This document shows, piece by piece, positions 51,810 through 63,299 of a DNA stretch of 64,000 nt. The notes under the pieces are model-generated. The model did no database searches and was not told the DNA's origin. It was given only the letters and a program-made list of their open reading frames with translations. Source of the DNA: Mobula birostris. Taxonomy: Eukaryota. Made by a program: the position numbers and the translations under genes. The stretch's first letter is position 1; each line of letters opens with the position of its first letter. The DNA lies in NCBI RefSeq assembly GCF_030028105.1, contig NC_092393.1, positions 54,880,125-54,944,124 on the forward strand, given 5' to 3'.

Positions 51810-52450
51810 TGTGGGAATGACGGTATTAAATACTGAGCTATGGTCAATGAACAGCATCCTAACATAGGCGTTTATGTTGACCAGGTGGTCTAAAGCCGTG
51901 TGGAGAGCTATTGAGATTGCGTCTGTCATTGACCTATTGTGGCGATAGGTAAATTGCAATGGGTCCAGGTCCTTGCTGAGGCTGGAGTTCAGTCTAATCA
52001 TGACCAACCTCTCAAAGCATTTCATCACTGTAGATGTGAGTGCTACTGGGTGATAGTCCTTCAGGCAGCTCACATTATTCTTCTTAGGCACTGATATAAT
52101 TGTTGCCTTTTTGAAGCAAGTGGGAACTTTCATCCATAGCAGTGAGAGGTTGAAAATGTCCTTGAATACTCCCGCTAGTTGGTTGGCACAGGTTTTCAGT
52201 GTACTCCATCGGGACCTCCTGCCTTGTGAGGGTTCACTCTCTTTAAAGACAGTCTAACATCGGCCTCTGAGACAGAGATCACAGGGTCATCAGGGATCTT
52301 CACAGCTGTAGTTATATTCTCCCTCTCAAAGAGGGCATAGAAGGCATTGAGTTTATCTGGTAGTGAAGCATCGCTGCCATTCATGCTATTGGGTTTCGCT
52401 TTGTAGGAAGTGATGTCTTGCAGACCCTGCCAAATTTGCCGTGCACCCAC
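51810..52450 (-). mobile_element. Rex/Babar-type LINE internal RT fragment abutting SGSH exon 2
   Basis: WQGLQDITSYK...LNAFYA...[16 protein letters not shown]...[17 protein letters not shown]. Confidence 0.88.
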
Positions 52451-53674
52451 CTCATAAAAACTCCCCTCACCTTGCCGACCTTGATTTTGTTAGTGTTTCC
52501 CAGTGCACGTGTCCGATGCCAGTCAGAAAATGTTCGGCAACAGTCTCCTGCCCCAGTGAAGTGGCAGAATGTCCCAAATGCACAAAGGGAATCCTGGCAA
52601 CTTTCTCCATGAGTTTTTGTTCGTTAAGATTTGCCCCAAATAACCAGCTGCCCTCATTAACCAGACTCCACTGTAATACGCGGATCTGCGAGACCTCAGT
52701 GGTGAAGCTGGGGGAAGATGACGACACATCACAACCGTGAAAGGGATCGACAAGATGGAGGCAGGAAAGTTGTTTCCACTGGTAGGTGAGACTAGACCTA
52801 GGGGACACAGCCCCAAGATTCGGGGGAGTAGATTTAGGACGGAGACTGCTCTTCCCAGAGTGGTGAATCTGTGGAATTCTCTGTCAAATGAAGCAGTGGA
52901 GGCTGCCTCAGTAAATATATTTAAGACAAGGTTGGATAGATTTTTGCACAGCAGGGGAATTAAGGGTTATGGGGAAAAGGCAGGTAGGTGGAGATGAGTC
53001 CATGGTCAGATCAGCCATGATCTTATTGAATGTCGGAGCAGGCTCGACGGGCCAGATGGCCGACTCCTGCTCCTATTTCTTATGTTCTTACAACGGCAGT
53101 GAAGTCGTAGTCCCAGTCGTCTGTCATTCCGATCTGTCAAGGCCCGTGTGGTGGCTGACCACACACATGCTCCCCATGTTTAACAAAGTCATGCACAGGC
53201 GTTCTCCATCCACAACCCACAGCCCCTGAGAACATCACACTTGACTAGAGTAATCACACTTCTAGGTCTCCAGAAGGCAACTGGCAAAGGGTCACCTCAC
53301 TCTAACACCACCCCGTTGGTTTGTGTCTTTCAGGGTCGAACGGAGGCAGAATCTTTTGTGGCTGCTGTACTTTATGCTCCCAGTTTCCTCAGGTCAGCCA
53401 GTTAATCTAGGCTTGCGGTCTCCCTGTCATCGTTGCCCTCCCAGAAACATTTCCTTCCTGGTGTTCATCTTCACTTGCCCCATTATTTGCCCACCCTGGC
53501 AGCTTGTTGCCTGCTCCACTGTTTCTGTGCAATGAGCTGGGCATGCTACGTTGGTGGCAGATGCATGGCATCACTTGCGGGCTTCCCCCCAGTGTAATTT
53601 CTGGGCCGTGTTGGTCATTGGCACAAACGACGCATCTCACGCCTTGCTGTAGACGTGACAAGTAAATCTGTATC

Positions 53675-54240
53675 TGTTATTGAGGCCTCCGTCGGTCAGG
53701 GTCGACCATGGACGTTGTGTCCTACCTGTCTGGATACACAAGCCTGGGCAGTACGATATGGAGGGCAAGCTCCCCCTCTCCTCACATCTGATGAACCCAA
53801 AGGAACAGCAGAGACCGATGCAGTTTGGCGCCGGGGTGTCGCAGGAGTTGCCAGTCAGCGCCAAACTCAACGTTGGACTCCTCCGGATTTTTCCCTTGGG
53901 GTTCACTCCCGAAGCCTTCCCCATGAGTGGGTGCAGCCACAAGGCAGCGGAGGTTTGAGATCAGAGTTTTCCTTCTCCTAGGTGAGCTGCCAACCACGGC
54001 TGGCGAGCTGCATCTGCCTAAAGCAACTGGTTTTAAGATGCCAGTCGCCCGCCTTTGGCCCTTCGCCTGTCAGTAGAAACAGTTCCGCTGGGCTTAGTAG
54101 CTAAGCCACCCGTGAAGGCCAGGAGCTGGACTGGGTTGTCAGAGGCTATTTGAGGTGCACACCATTGGGAGTATTTAATAGGCAGTGCGAGCTTGTCCCC
54201 ATTAGCACCCCGGCTGTATATGTTAACCATGGCTGTCAAA
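53675..54240 (-). mobile_element. Probable RTE-derived non-autonomous retroposon in SGSH intron 1
   Basis: Ends in a ccatggtcgac...gacggaggc tail typical of RTE-type elements. Shares a segment with the SINE at 39243. Confidence 0.5.
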
Positions 54241-54666
54241 GGCGCAGAGGTGCCTGGTGGTAACCATCAAGACAGAGTCGAACTACCTGCCCTTGGCTTG
54301 CAATGGCATTGGCACCACTGACCCCCTCAACCCCGCCACTGTCGACATCCTGGGGTGGAACAGCATGAGATGGGACTCCTGCGGTGAACGACTCATCTCC
54401 TACACCCCAGATCCTTTCTGGCACCTCACCTCAGCTCCCCAGTCCAGGGTCCCCTCTTGCAGTGAGTGAGGGCAGCTCCAACGCCATCCAGAAGAAAGCG
54501 GAGCTTTGGTTGGCACCCATCAGCCGCTCTAAACTTTCGTCCCCTTCATCCCCAGAGAAGGCACGCTGCACCATTTTTATAATACACGGGGGAAGGGGCG
54601 GCACGGGATGGGGGTGTTGGGGGGAAGGTCAGTCAGGTGAGGAGATACAGGTGCTGAGGTCCTCAC

Positions 54667-54766
54667 CTATGATGAGAAGCACATTCCTCCTCTTCTGCTG
54701 CGCCCTCGAACTACCGATCCCCACGAGCAGCCAGACCCAGAAGATGTCACCAAACGGCGACATCAT
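54667..54766 (-). CDS. SGSH: SGSH coding exon 1 (signal peptide + first beta strand)
   Basis: MMSPFGDIFWVWLLVGIGSSRAQQKRRNVLLII + G|gtgag donor (phase 1). RNVLLII matches the sulfatase N-terminal motif (human RNALLLL-ADDGG). Confidence 0.9.
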
Positions 54767-54849
54767 TGTGCACCGGAGTTCTTGCAACTCTAATGATCAG
54801 CGTGCCTGCTCCTCGATCCGCTTGCAATCAGATGGACTGCGCACTAAAC

Positions 54850-55040
54850 AGCCATGACCAATCTGCGAACTCACTGAACAAATTCAATCAAGTAATTAAA
54901 CCCCAGCAGCGGCTCTTCCCAGAGCCGGTCGGCCTCCCGGAAGTGAACGCGATACATTGTTGGGAGCGGTCACATGACGGTGTGATCATGTGACCGGCTC
55001 CCAACCTGTCCCGGAGACCGGCTCTGCGATGTTGTGGGTG
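54850..55040. promoter_or_regulatory. SGSH/SLC26A11 bidirectional promoter: CCAAT, ETS site and paired CLEAR/M-box-like E-boxes
   Basis: CCAAT 54858-54862, CCGGAAGTG 54937-54945, GTCACATGAC 54969-54978, ATCATGTGAC 54985-54994. CpG-rich. A plus-strand donor TGG|gtgagt at 55037/55038 suggests a non-coding SLC26A11 first exon. Confidence 0.7.
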
Positions 55041-55900
55041 AGTGGGGACGGTGGGGAAGAGTCGGGTGGCTGAGGTGTGAGGGTGAGGGTAGTGATTGAG
55101 TTGGGGTGGCCGCCCGGTAATTATGGACGCTTCCTTCCCTCTGTGCCCTGCCTGTTACACCCTCCACCTCAACGCCACCGGGAGGGGGACGGACTCGGTA
55201 CAGTACTCTGAAATCGTTTCAAAATACTTCTGCCGGTTCGCCCCAGCGTTTTGATTATTTCTTTGCAAATACGTTCGAGCTTTTGAAGTGATTTGATTTG
55301 GCGCAAACGGCGCACTTCCCGGTAGGTTTGAATGTGGATGGGATCTAACGCTAACCTTTCTAATGGAGGAACACACACAAAATACTGTCGGATCCCGGCA
55401 GGTCGGGCAGCATTTGTGGAAGTGGATAAACTCGAAGTTTAGGGGGCGAGACCCTCCTTCAGAACTGGGCATCAGCTGCGGAATCTCTAGTGTTTTATGA
55501 TCTTTCCAATGAGGTTGCCAAGTTTGATGGTGTTGGTATCGCTGCTTCTGGTCACACTTTGTGTGTGTGTGTTTTTATCTTTCTTTACATCTCTCTCTTC
55601 GGTCTCTTTGCACCCCGATCTTATCCTGTAACTTCCTGTTAGGGTTTATCAACAAGCATATTTGTGGTCGGTCAGTGGTTCCTTTACTGAGACTATGTAA
55701 TTTGAAATCAGCCCAGCGGACGTTGCATAAATGCTGATTGTTTCAAAATAGTGTGAGGCTGTTCAAACCGTTCTGGGTCTGTTTTATTTGCTGTGTGTGG
55801 GTTACTAGCAAGGTTAGCGGTGATTTTTCAGACCAACAACTTCCCCTCCCTGTCGCCCTTAAAATGGCGGTGAACTGCGCCCGCCCCCTCCCCTTGTACA

Positions 55901-56957
55901 CAGACATCCCACCCTGCAAAAACTCATTTCAGAGAGGTAGCACCATCACCCCCGCCCCGGCCGACCTCCAAGGGTGTATGTATACAGGACATTTGATTAT
56001 GAAAGAACACAACGATTTATTTGATCACATATTGAAACTATTTACTTACACTCTCTCACACGTATACATTCCTTGTTGAGTATTTTGTTGGTAGTCTCAA
56101 TGCTAAATGCTAATGTAAATAGCTTTTCTATTTCCTTTGTAAACTTTCCTTGTACTGTGATATGGCTTGCTTGGCAGATTTGAGCATTTTGCCGGAAATC
56201 TCAACCTCATAGCAGTCTATGTCAATGAATTTGTTAATTTTGCAAGACATCAGATTCACAAGATTCACTATTATATTATCACGGAGTTTTTTATTTATTC
56301 TATTACAACTTTAAGCAAGTCTACAGGGAGTTTGGCCTCATCACGTAGGACATCAATAGCAGAGCCCCTTAGCAGTCAGCCAGCTAGTTTAAATAACATT
56401 AGCTATACTGTAATGACACCTGTTAAACTCATAGAGTAACTCCTTAGCAGTCAGCCAGCTAGTTTAAATAACGTTAGCTATGCTAATGAACGAATGACAC
56501 TTGTTAAACTCACCTCAACATGTCTTTTACATTTTAACCTACCATGGGCAATAGAAAAGTCACTGTTGCAAACAGCGCAGCGAGCAACACTGTCATTATT
56601 TTTGACCCCTATTAGGCAGGGGTACACTTTAGTGTAGTCTGGGGTGAAGTACGTTTTATATTTTCTTTTTTTGGAACACTCTGCCATGGCGCTGCAGGAC
56701 ACTAAACTGAACTGATGGACAATGTAAGAGAGAAAGAGGTCGACTGTAAAGCCCGCCCACAGAGAAAACTGATAGGTCTACTTAGCACAAAGAGAGACCA
56801 ATCAGGACGCTCTCTCTGTCACTCTCGCTACTTCTGTCATCCCCTCCCCCTCCCCAAAAATCGATTTCCGGGATATTGTGTATAATTTGCGGGCATCAGG
56901 GAGATGCTATTAATATGCGGGAGATTCCCGGAACTTCCAGGAGAGGTGGGATGTCTG
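55901..56957 (-). mobile_element. hAT-type DNA transposon deletion derivative retaining the N-terminal zinc finger
   Basis: TIR CAGACATCCCACC...GGTGGGATGTCTG. Minus-strand MAECSKKRKYKTYF...ARCAVCNSDFSIAHG...CKRHVE|gtgag is a BED/TTF-type finger of hAT transposases. Confidence 0.8.
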
Positions 56958-59329
56958 TGTACTCATCCTGGTGAAGGTGTTCCCGGTGTTGAAGGGTAGG
57001 GTGTCTGGAATGTGCTGCCCAGGGTGGTGGCAGAGGCTGATAAACTGAGGTCTTGAAGGGACCCTTAGATGGTAGAAAAAATGGAGGGCGATGGAGGAGG
57101 GAAGGGCTAGGTTGATCTTGGAGCAGGTTGGTGGGCTGAATGGCCTGCACTGATTCAGATCCGTGTGTTTATCACCTCTACACGTGAAATGCGTCGTTTG
57201 AGGTAACAGCAAGCGTTGCCAGAATAACACACAACACAGCAACCGCAAAATCACAACAGCAAGGCAAGTCCCTCTCCGCCCTCCCACACTGCGGATAGTT
57301 CTCCATCCACAGGAGAGGCCTCCGGGCTTTCAGCCATCGAGCTTTAACGTTCAGACTTCTGATGAACCTTCAGGCTTTGATTTTTGATATTGACCCCTGG
57401 ACCATCGGATGGTGGAGTCTGGAGACTCCGAACTCGCCAGTTCTCCTGCTGTGGTCTGTATAGGTCAGTACAACATTGTGGGCCGAAGGGCCCGTAATGA
57501 GCTGAACTGGCCTGTGTTCTAGGCTCCCAGCCTCTATGAGTGTGTGCCCAAGTTGCCAATAATCTTCTAAAGAAAATTCTTGTACGCCATGATAATTTGG
57601 ACAGAGATTGTCATTAATAAATGATTATTAACAATAATTATGGACTTTTTGAAGGGGGGAAAAGGAAGGGTCTAGTTGCTCATGAGGCAAATACAATAGG
57701 GTCTTTTCAGAGACTCTTGGACAGGTACATGGAACTTTGAAAAACAGAGGGCGATGCGGAAGGGAAACTCGAGGCAGTTTCTAGAGTAGGATACATGGTC
57801 AGCACAATGTTGTGGGCCAAAGGGCCTGTAATATGCTGTACATTTGTATGTTACATGTATTCAACATTTTACTGCTTCATTTGGCAGTAACGATTATCAT
57901 TATGTATCCTTTAATTATGGGTGAGATTTGAGAATCAGAGGATGGCACTGAAGTGGCAAGACGCGTAACTGTGTTAGTGTGCAGGGGGTCCTGGGGTCCG
58001 CATCGGTTGCTCCCCAAAAGTGGCTGAACAGGTTGATAGGCTGGTGAAGACGGTGTATCCATGATTGCCTTTGTTGAAGTGTTCAGTTCAAGTGTCGGAA
58101 GGTTACATTGCAGCTTTATTAAACTCTGGTTAGGCTGCATCTACGGTATTGCGTTCAATTTTGGTTGCCCATTATAGGAAGATTGTGGAGGCTTTGGTTT
58201 ACAAGGCTGCCAGCTGATCAGAGGGCATGTGTTATATCGAGAGGTTGGGACAAATCTGGGTTGCTTTCTCGGGGGTGGTGGAGATTCAGAGAAGATCTGA
58301 GAGAAGATTATGAAATGCTGGGTAGAGTGGACAGCTGGTATCTTCTTTTCCCTTTTCGGGGGTTGAAATGCCTGGCACCAGAGGGCACGCACTCGAGGCG
58401 AGAGAAGGCAAGTTGAAACACAACGTGCGGGACAAATACAGAGCGGTGGGTGCCTGGAATGGGGGCAAATACAAGCATTTAAGAGGCTCTTAGGGAGGGA
58501 TGTGAATGTGCAAAGAATGGAGGATATGGAGATTGTATGGGCAAAAAGGATTAGCTTACTTGGGCATTTAATTCCAAGTTTAATTTGTTTGGTACGCACT
58601 CTGGACTGAAGAGTTGATTCCTGTGCTGTCCTATCCCAGGGTGGTGAACCCATGACAGGTGCAGACATTTTGTTAGCAAGCGGCGAGTGGAACTGCCTTC
58701 GATTCTTTAAACCACACCTGTGATAAAAAAGTACATAACGATTATCTTTACTGCCAAATGAAGTGGCCAGTAAGTTTTGCATTCTGAGAGCAGTAAGAGG
58801 TTATCACAGGAAACGTCTCGTGCTGGCTTACTGCCAACTGGTTGGTTGCAAACACACGTGATGTTGCATGGTGCATTTTAAAATCCTCACAGACCTGGTA
58901 TTTGTACAGTGTTTGAATTGTAAATGGTGACAATAGCAATGCAATTTGGAAGTATTATTTTCCAATTGCCATTTAAAAAGATTAGTATCAATTTTTGAAC
59001 AGATTTTCTAAAATACTCATTTAACTCAATCTGTCTCTGTTGTATTTTAACAGTAAAAGACAAGTAGACATAAATAACAAACAAGACTCGTTCCTCTTCC
59101 TTAAATTCCACAAATGTTGTTACTAATTCATTAGTCATTGATCTCCATTCAAAATTCTTATGAAGACTTTTGCCAATTTGGCCACGCTCTCAAAAAGATC
59201 CCTCACCCCTGTAATCTAAATGTTTACGGATGCACCTAAATCTAGACTCGAGTCAGGTAAAGGTCCCAGTAGTAACTACCCTCTCAGAACTGACTAAAGC
59301 AGGATATCATCTATTGAACATCATTCCAA

Positions 59330-60195
59330 ATCAGAATCGGGTTTAATATCATCAGCACACGTCATGAAACTTGTTAACTTTGCAGCAGCAGTAGAATGCA
59401 GTACATGATAAATATAGAAAGAAAACTGAATTACAGTAAATATATGTTTATGTCTAGTACAAAAACAGAAATTTTAAAAAAAGTATTGAGGTAGTGTTCA
59501 TGGATTCAATGTCCATTCAGAAATCAGATGGCAGAGGGGAAGAAGCTGTTCCTGAATCGCTGACTGTCTGCCTTCAGGCTTCTGTACCTCCTCCCTGATG
59601 GTAGCAATGAGAAGAGGGCATGTCCTGGGTGATGGGGGTCCTTAATGATCAACACCGCCTTTCTGAGGCACTACTCCTTGAAGATGTCCTGGATACTAAG
59701 GAGGCTAGTCCCATGATGGAGCTGACTAATTTTACAACTTTCTGCAGCTTACTTTGATCCTGTGCAGTAGCCCCCCAATACTGGGCGGTGATGCAGCCTG
59801 TCAGAATGCTCTCCACAGTACATCTATAAATCTCTTCAGACTCCTAATGAAATATAGCCGCAGTCTTGTCTTCCACTGATGCATTGGATCCAGGCTAGGT
59901 CCTCTGGGAACTTGAAATTGCTCACTTTCTCCACATCTGATCCCTGTATGAGGATTGGTGTGTGTTCCCTCGTCTTGCCCTTCCTGAAGTCCAGAGTCAG
60001 CTCTTTGGTCGTACTGATGCGTGGAGTGCAAGGTTGTTGCTGCAGCACCACCCAACCAGCTGGTATATCTTGCTCTTGTACGTCCTCTTGTCACTGTCTG
60101 AAATTCTGCCGACAATGGTTGTATCATCGGCAAATCTATAGGTGGCATTTAAGCTATGCCTAGCCACACAGTCAGTGGATGTAGAGAGAGAGTAG
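59330..60195 (-). mobile_element. Rex/Babar-type LINE 3' portion
   Basis: DCVARHSLNATYRFADDTTIVGRIS, TKELTLDFRK, then 3' tail gattctgatt. Confidence 0.85.
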
Positions 60196-60780
60196 AGAAG
60201 CACAGCAGGAGAAACAAGCCCTTTGGGCCGTCGAGACCATTCTGACCTGTTATTCTGTCTAGTGCCATCGTCCTGCGCCTGGACCATAGCCCTCCTATCT
60301 CCTATCCAAACTTCACGTAAATGAAATCAAATCCACACCACTTCTGCAAGCAGCTCGTTCTACACTCACACCACTCTCTGAGTGAAGAAGCTCCCCCCTT
60401 AGTTTCTCCTCATTTCACCTTTCACCCTTAACCTATGAACTAGTGTAGTCTCATCCAATCAGAGTTTTACCTTAGCTATACCCTTCATAATTTTGGATAC
60501 AGTACCTCTGTCAAATCTCCCCTCATTCTCCGTGCTCTAGGGAGTAAGCTCCTAACCTGTTGAACCTTTCCCTATAACTCGGGCCCTCGAGTCCTTGCGA
60601 AAACTGATTTTTACACCTCTATGTCCTTCAGGGATCCCGGGACGATGAGCGGAGGCCAGGCCGTTTCTGAAACCATCGGCAGACTGAAGAGTGATGTCAT
60701 CGCACGATCCCCAGGCTGCTCCGGTGCGAATCGCTTGGCGAGACCTGCCCTCGGGCGGCAGGAGAGGCTCTTAAGGCAAG

Positions 60781-60966
60781 ATGGCGTCCGCGCTGAGGAG
60801 CGCGTGCTCCCGGCGCACCTTGCAGAGATGCTTCCCGATCCTGGTGTGGCTGCCCCGCTACTCGGCTGGGTGGCTGCGGATGGACGTCCTGGCCGGAGTG
60901 ACCGTGGGGCTGACCGTGGTCCCTCAGGCCCTGGCCTACGCCGAGATCGCTGGTCTTCCTATTCAG
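60781..60966 (+). CDS. SLC26A11: SLC26A11 (sodium-independent sulfate anion transporter), first coding exon; gene continues beyond the window
   Basis: caagATGG, then MASALRSACSRRTLQRCFPILVWLPRYSAGWLRMDVLAGVTVGLTVVPQALAYAEIAGLPIQ|gtagt. SLC26 signature D..AG.TVGLT..PQALAYAE.AGL. Head-to-head with SGSH as in mammals. Probable acceptor ccttcag| at 60631. Confidence 0.93.
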
Positions 60967-62219
60967 GTAGTCCTGTGGCTGGTCTTTGTCCTAGTGAATG
61001 ACCTCAGGTTTATCACCTCTGACACGCATTGTGACGCTTGTTGTTCTGGGCAACAGTACAATCCCTTAAAAATTACTGTAGGATCACCTACCTAAACTTA
61101 AAAATAATGCAAGAAGAGTGCAAAATGGTGAGGTAGTACTCCTGGGTTTATGGACCATTCAGAAATCCGATGGCAGAGGGGGGGAATGTTACTCCTAAAT
61201 CATAGAGTGTGTGTGTCTTCAGGCTGCTGTACCTCATCCATGATGGTAGCAATCAGAAGAGGGCGTGTCCTGGATAGTGAGGATCCTGCATGTGGCTGCT
61301 GCCTGTTTGATAGCAGATAGACTAGTTTCCATGATCAGAGCGGCAGCCAGTTCCAATTGGAACTGATGCTGGAAACACTCAGCAGGTCAGGCAGCCTCTG
61401 TGGAGAGAGAAGCAGTTTCAATTCCCCCCTCCCTGAGAGCTTGCTGCTAACTGTAGTTTGGCGAGCAGCTCTGGGCTGCGGGGTTGCTTCAGCGACTGGT
61501 GCTCCAGCGCAGAGACGTGCTGTCGCAGATGCCGTCCATCGGGCGTGAGCCCCTGTCTGAAAACCCAAGATACTGCAGACGTTGCAAGTCTGAGATTTAA
61601 AGCGGAGATAATCCTGGAGAGAGGAACAGAGCTGACGATCACTGACCTGAAACGTTCGCTCTTCCCCTCTCTCCGGACGCTGTCTAACCGGCTGAGTTCT
61701 CTCAGTTCCTGTCACCTCCAGTTGGAGGTGGAAATTCTCTCTGATGGCCAGTGGGAAAAGTATAGGATCTTGCTGATTTTGCCCTTCCACTGCCTCAGCA
61801 ACCTTGCCTTTGGCCGGAATGTTTTGAAAAGGTGGACAATCGGGCATGGCCTTCTGTTAGAGTCATGGGGCAATGCAGCTCAGAAATAAACAATGGGCAC
61901 CACAGTAGGGTGGCGGTAGTGTGAAGCTGTTACGGCTCGGGGCATCGGAGTGTGCAGTTCGATTCTGGCACTGGTGGTAAGGAATTTATACGTTCTCCTC
62001 GTGACTGCACGGGTCTCCAGATGTCTTGGTTTCTTCCCACAGTCCAAATACGTACGAGTTGGTATGTTAATTGGTCATTGTAAGTTGTCCTGTGATTAGG
62101 CTGGGAGTTAATGGGTGGGTTGGTGTGTAGTGCGGCCATTCCGCAGTCTCCAGTGTTCCAGGAAATACAGTTTAGTTTGGAGATACAGCTCTGTAGCAGG
62201 TTCTCCCAGCCCACGAGTC

Positions 62220-62570
62220 CACACTGCCCATTAAACTATTAACTCATACGGCTTTGGAATGTGCCCACTACCCATTAAACGATTAACCCGACAGCTTTGG
62301 AATGTGCCCACTGCCCATTAAACGATTAACCCGTACTGCTTTGGAATGTGCCCACTGCCCATTAAACGATTAACCCGTACGGCTTTGGAATGTGCCCACT
62401 GCCCATTAAACGATTAACCCGTACTGCTTTGGAATGTGCCCACTGCCCATTAAACTATTAACCCATACGGCTTTGGAATGTGCCCACTGCCCATTAAACG
62501 ATTAACCCATACGGCTTTGGAATGTGCCCACTGCCCATTAAACGATTAACCCATACGGCTTTGGAATGCG
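62220..62570. repeat. 44-bp tandem repeat, about 8 copies, seeded from a SINE end
   Basis: Unit ccactgcccattaaacgattaacccgtacggctttggaatgtgc; continues directly into a SINE body at 62570. Confidence 0.95.
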
Positions 62571-63299
62571 CGTGGATACCGGAGCACCTGGAGGAAGCCC
62601 ATGAGGTCACGGGGAGAACCTGCAAACTCTTCGCGGACAGCGGTGGGAATTGGCGCTGTTATGGTGTTACGTTAGCTTCCACGCTATGGTGCTGCCCCCG
62701 TCCTTGGGATTATTCCGAATCCAGGTTTCAGTTTATTCCAGTCCGAGCAACGTGACTTGTTTCACTTCATTAAATGTTAGGAAGAGCCAGAGGGTGGTGA
62801 CTCATTTCCACAGGCAGCTGTGGAGGCTGAGTCATTGAGTGTATTTAAAGCAGAAGTTGATAGGTTCTTGATTAATAGGGTGTCAAAGGTTAAGGGGAGA
62901 AGGCAGGAGAATGGAGTTGAGAGGGAAAATAAATCAGCAATGATGGAATGGTGGAGCAGACTCAAAGGGCCGAATGGCCTATTTCTGTTCCTATGTCCTA
63001 TTGACTTAAGGAAAATTCTCTGCCTCAGAATACAGGGACAGAGATGAGGAATTTCTTTATCCAGATGGTGGTGAATCTGTGGAGCTTACTGCGACAGACA
63101 GCTGTGGAGGCTACGTCACTGGGTATATTTAAAGCAGAAGTTAATAGATTTTTGATTAGTAAGAACATCAAAGGTTATGGGGAGATGGCAGGAGAATGGG
63201 GTTGAGAGGGGTAATAAATCAGCAATTATGGAATGGTGGAGCAGATTTGATGGGCTGACTATCCTAATTTTACTATGTCGTATGGTCTCAAGTACTTGC

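Noticed and set aside
61418-61889. Possible two-exon antisense coding unit in the SLC26A11 intron
   Set aside because: Splice-like motifs exist but there is no in-frame ATG and no recognisable homology. No next SLC26A11 exon (YGLYS motif) was found in the window either.
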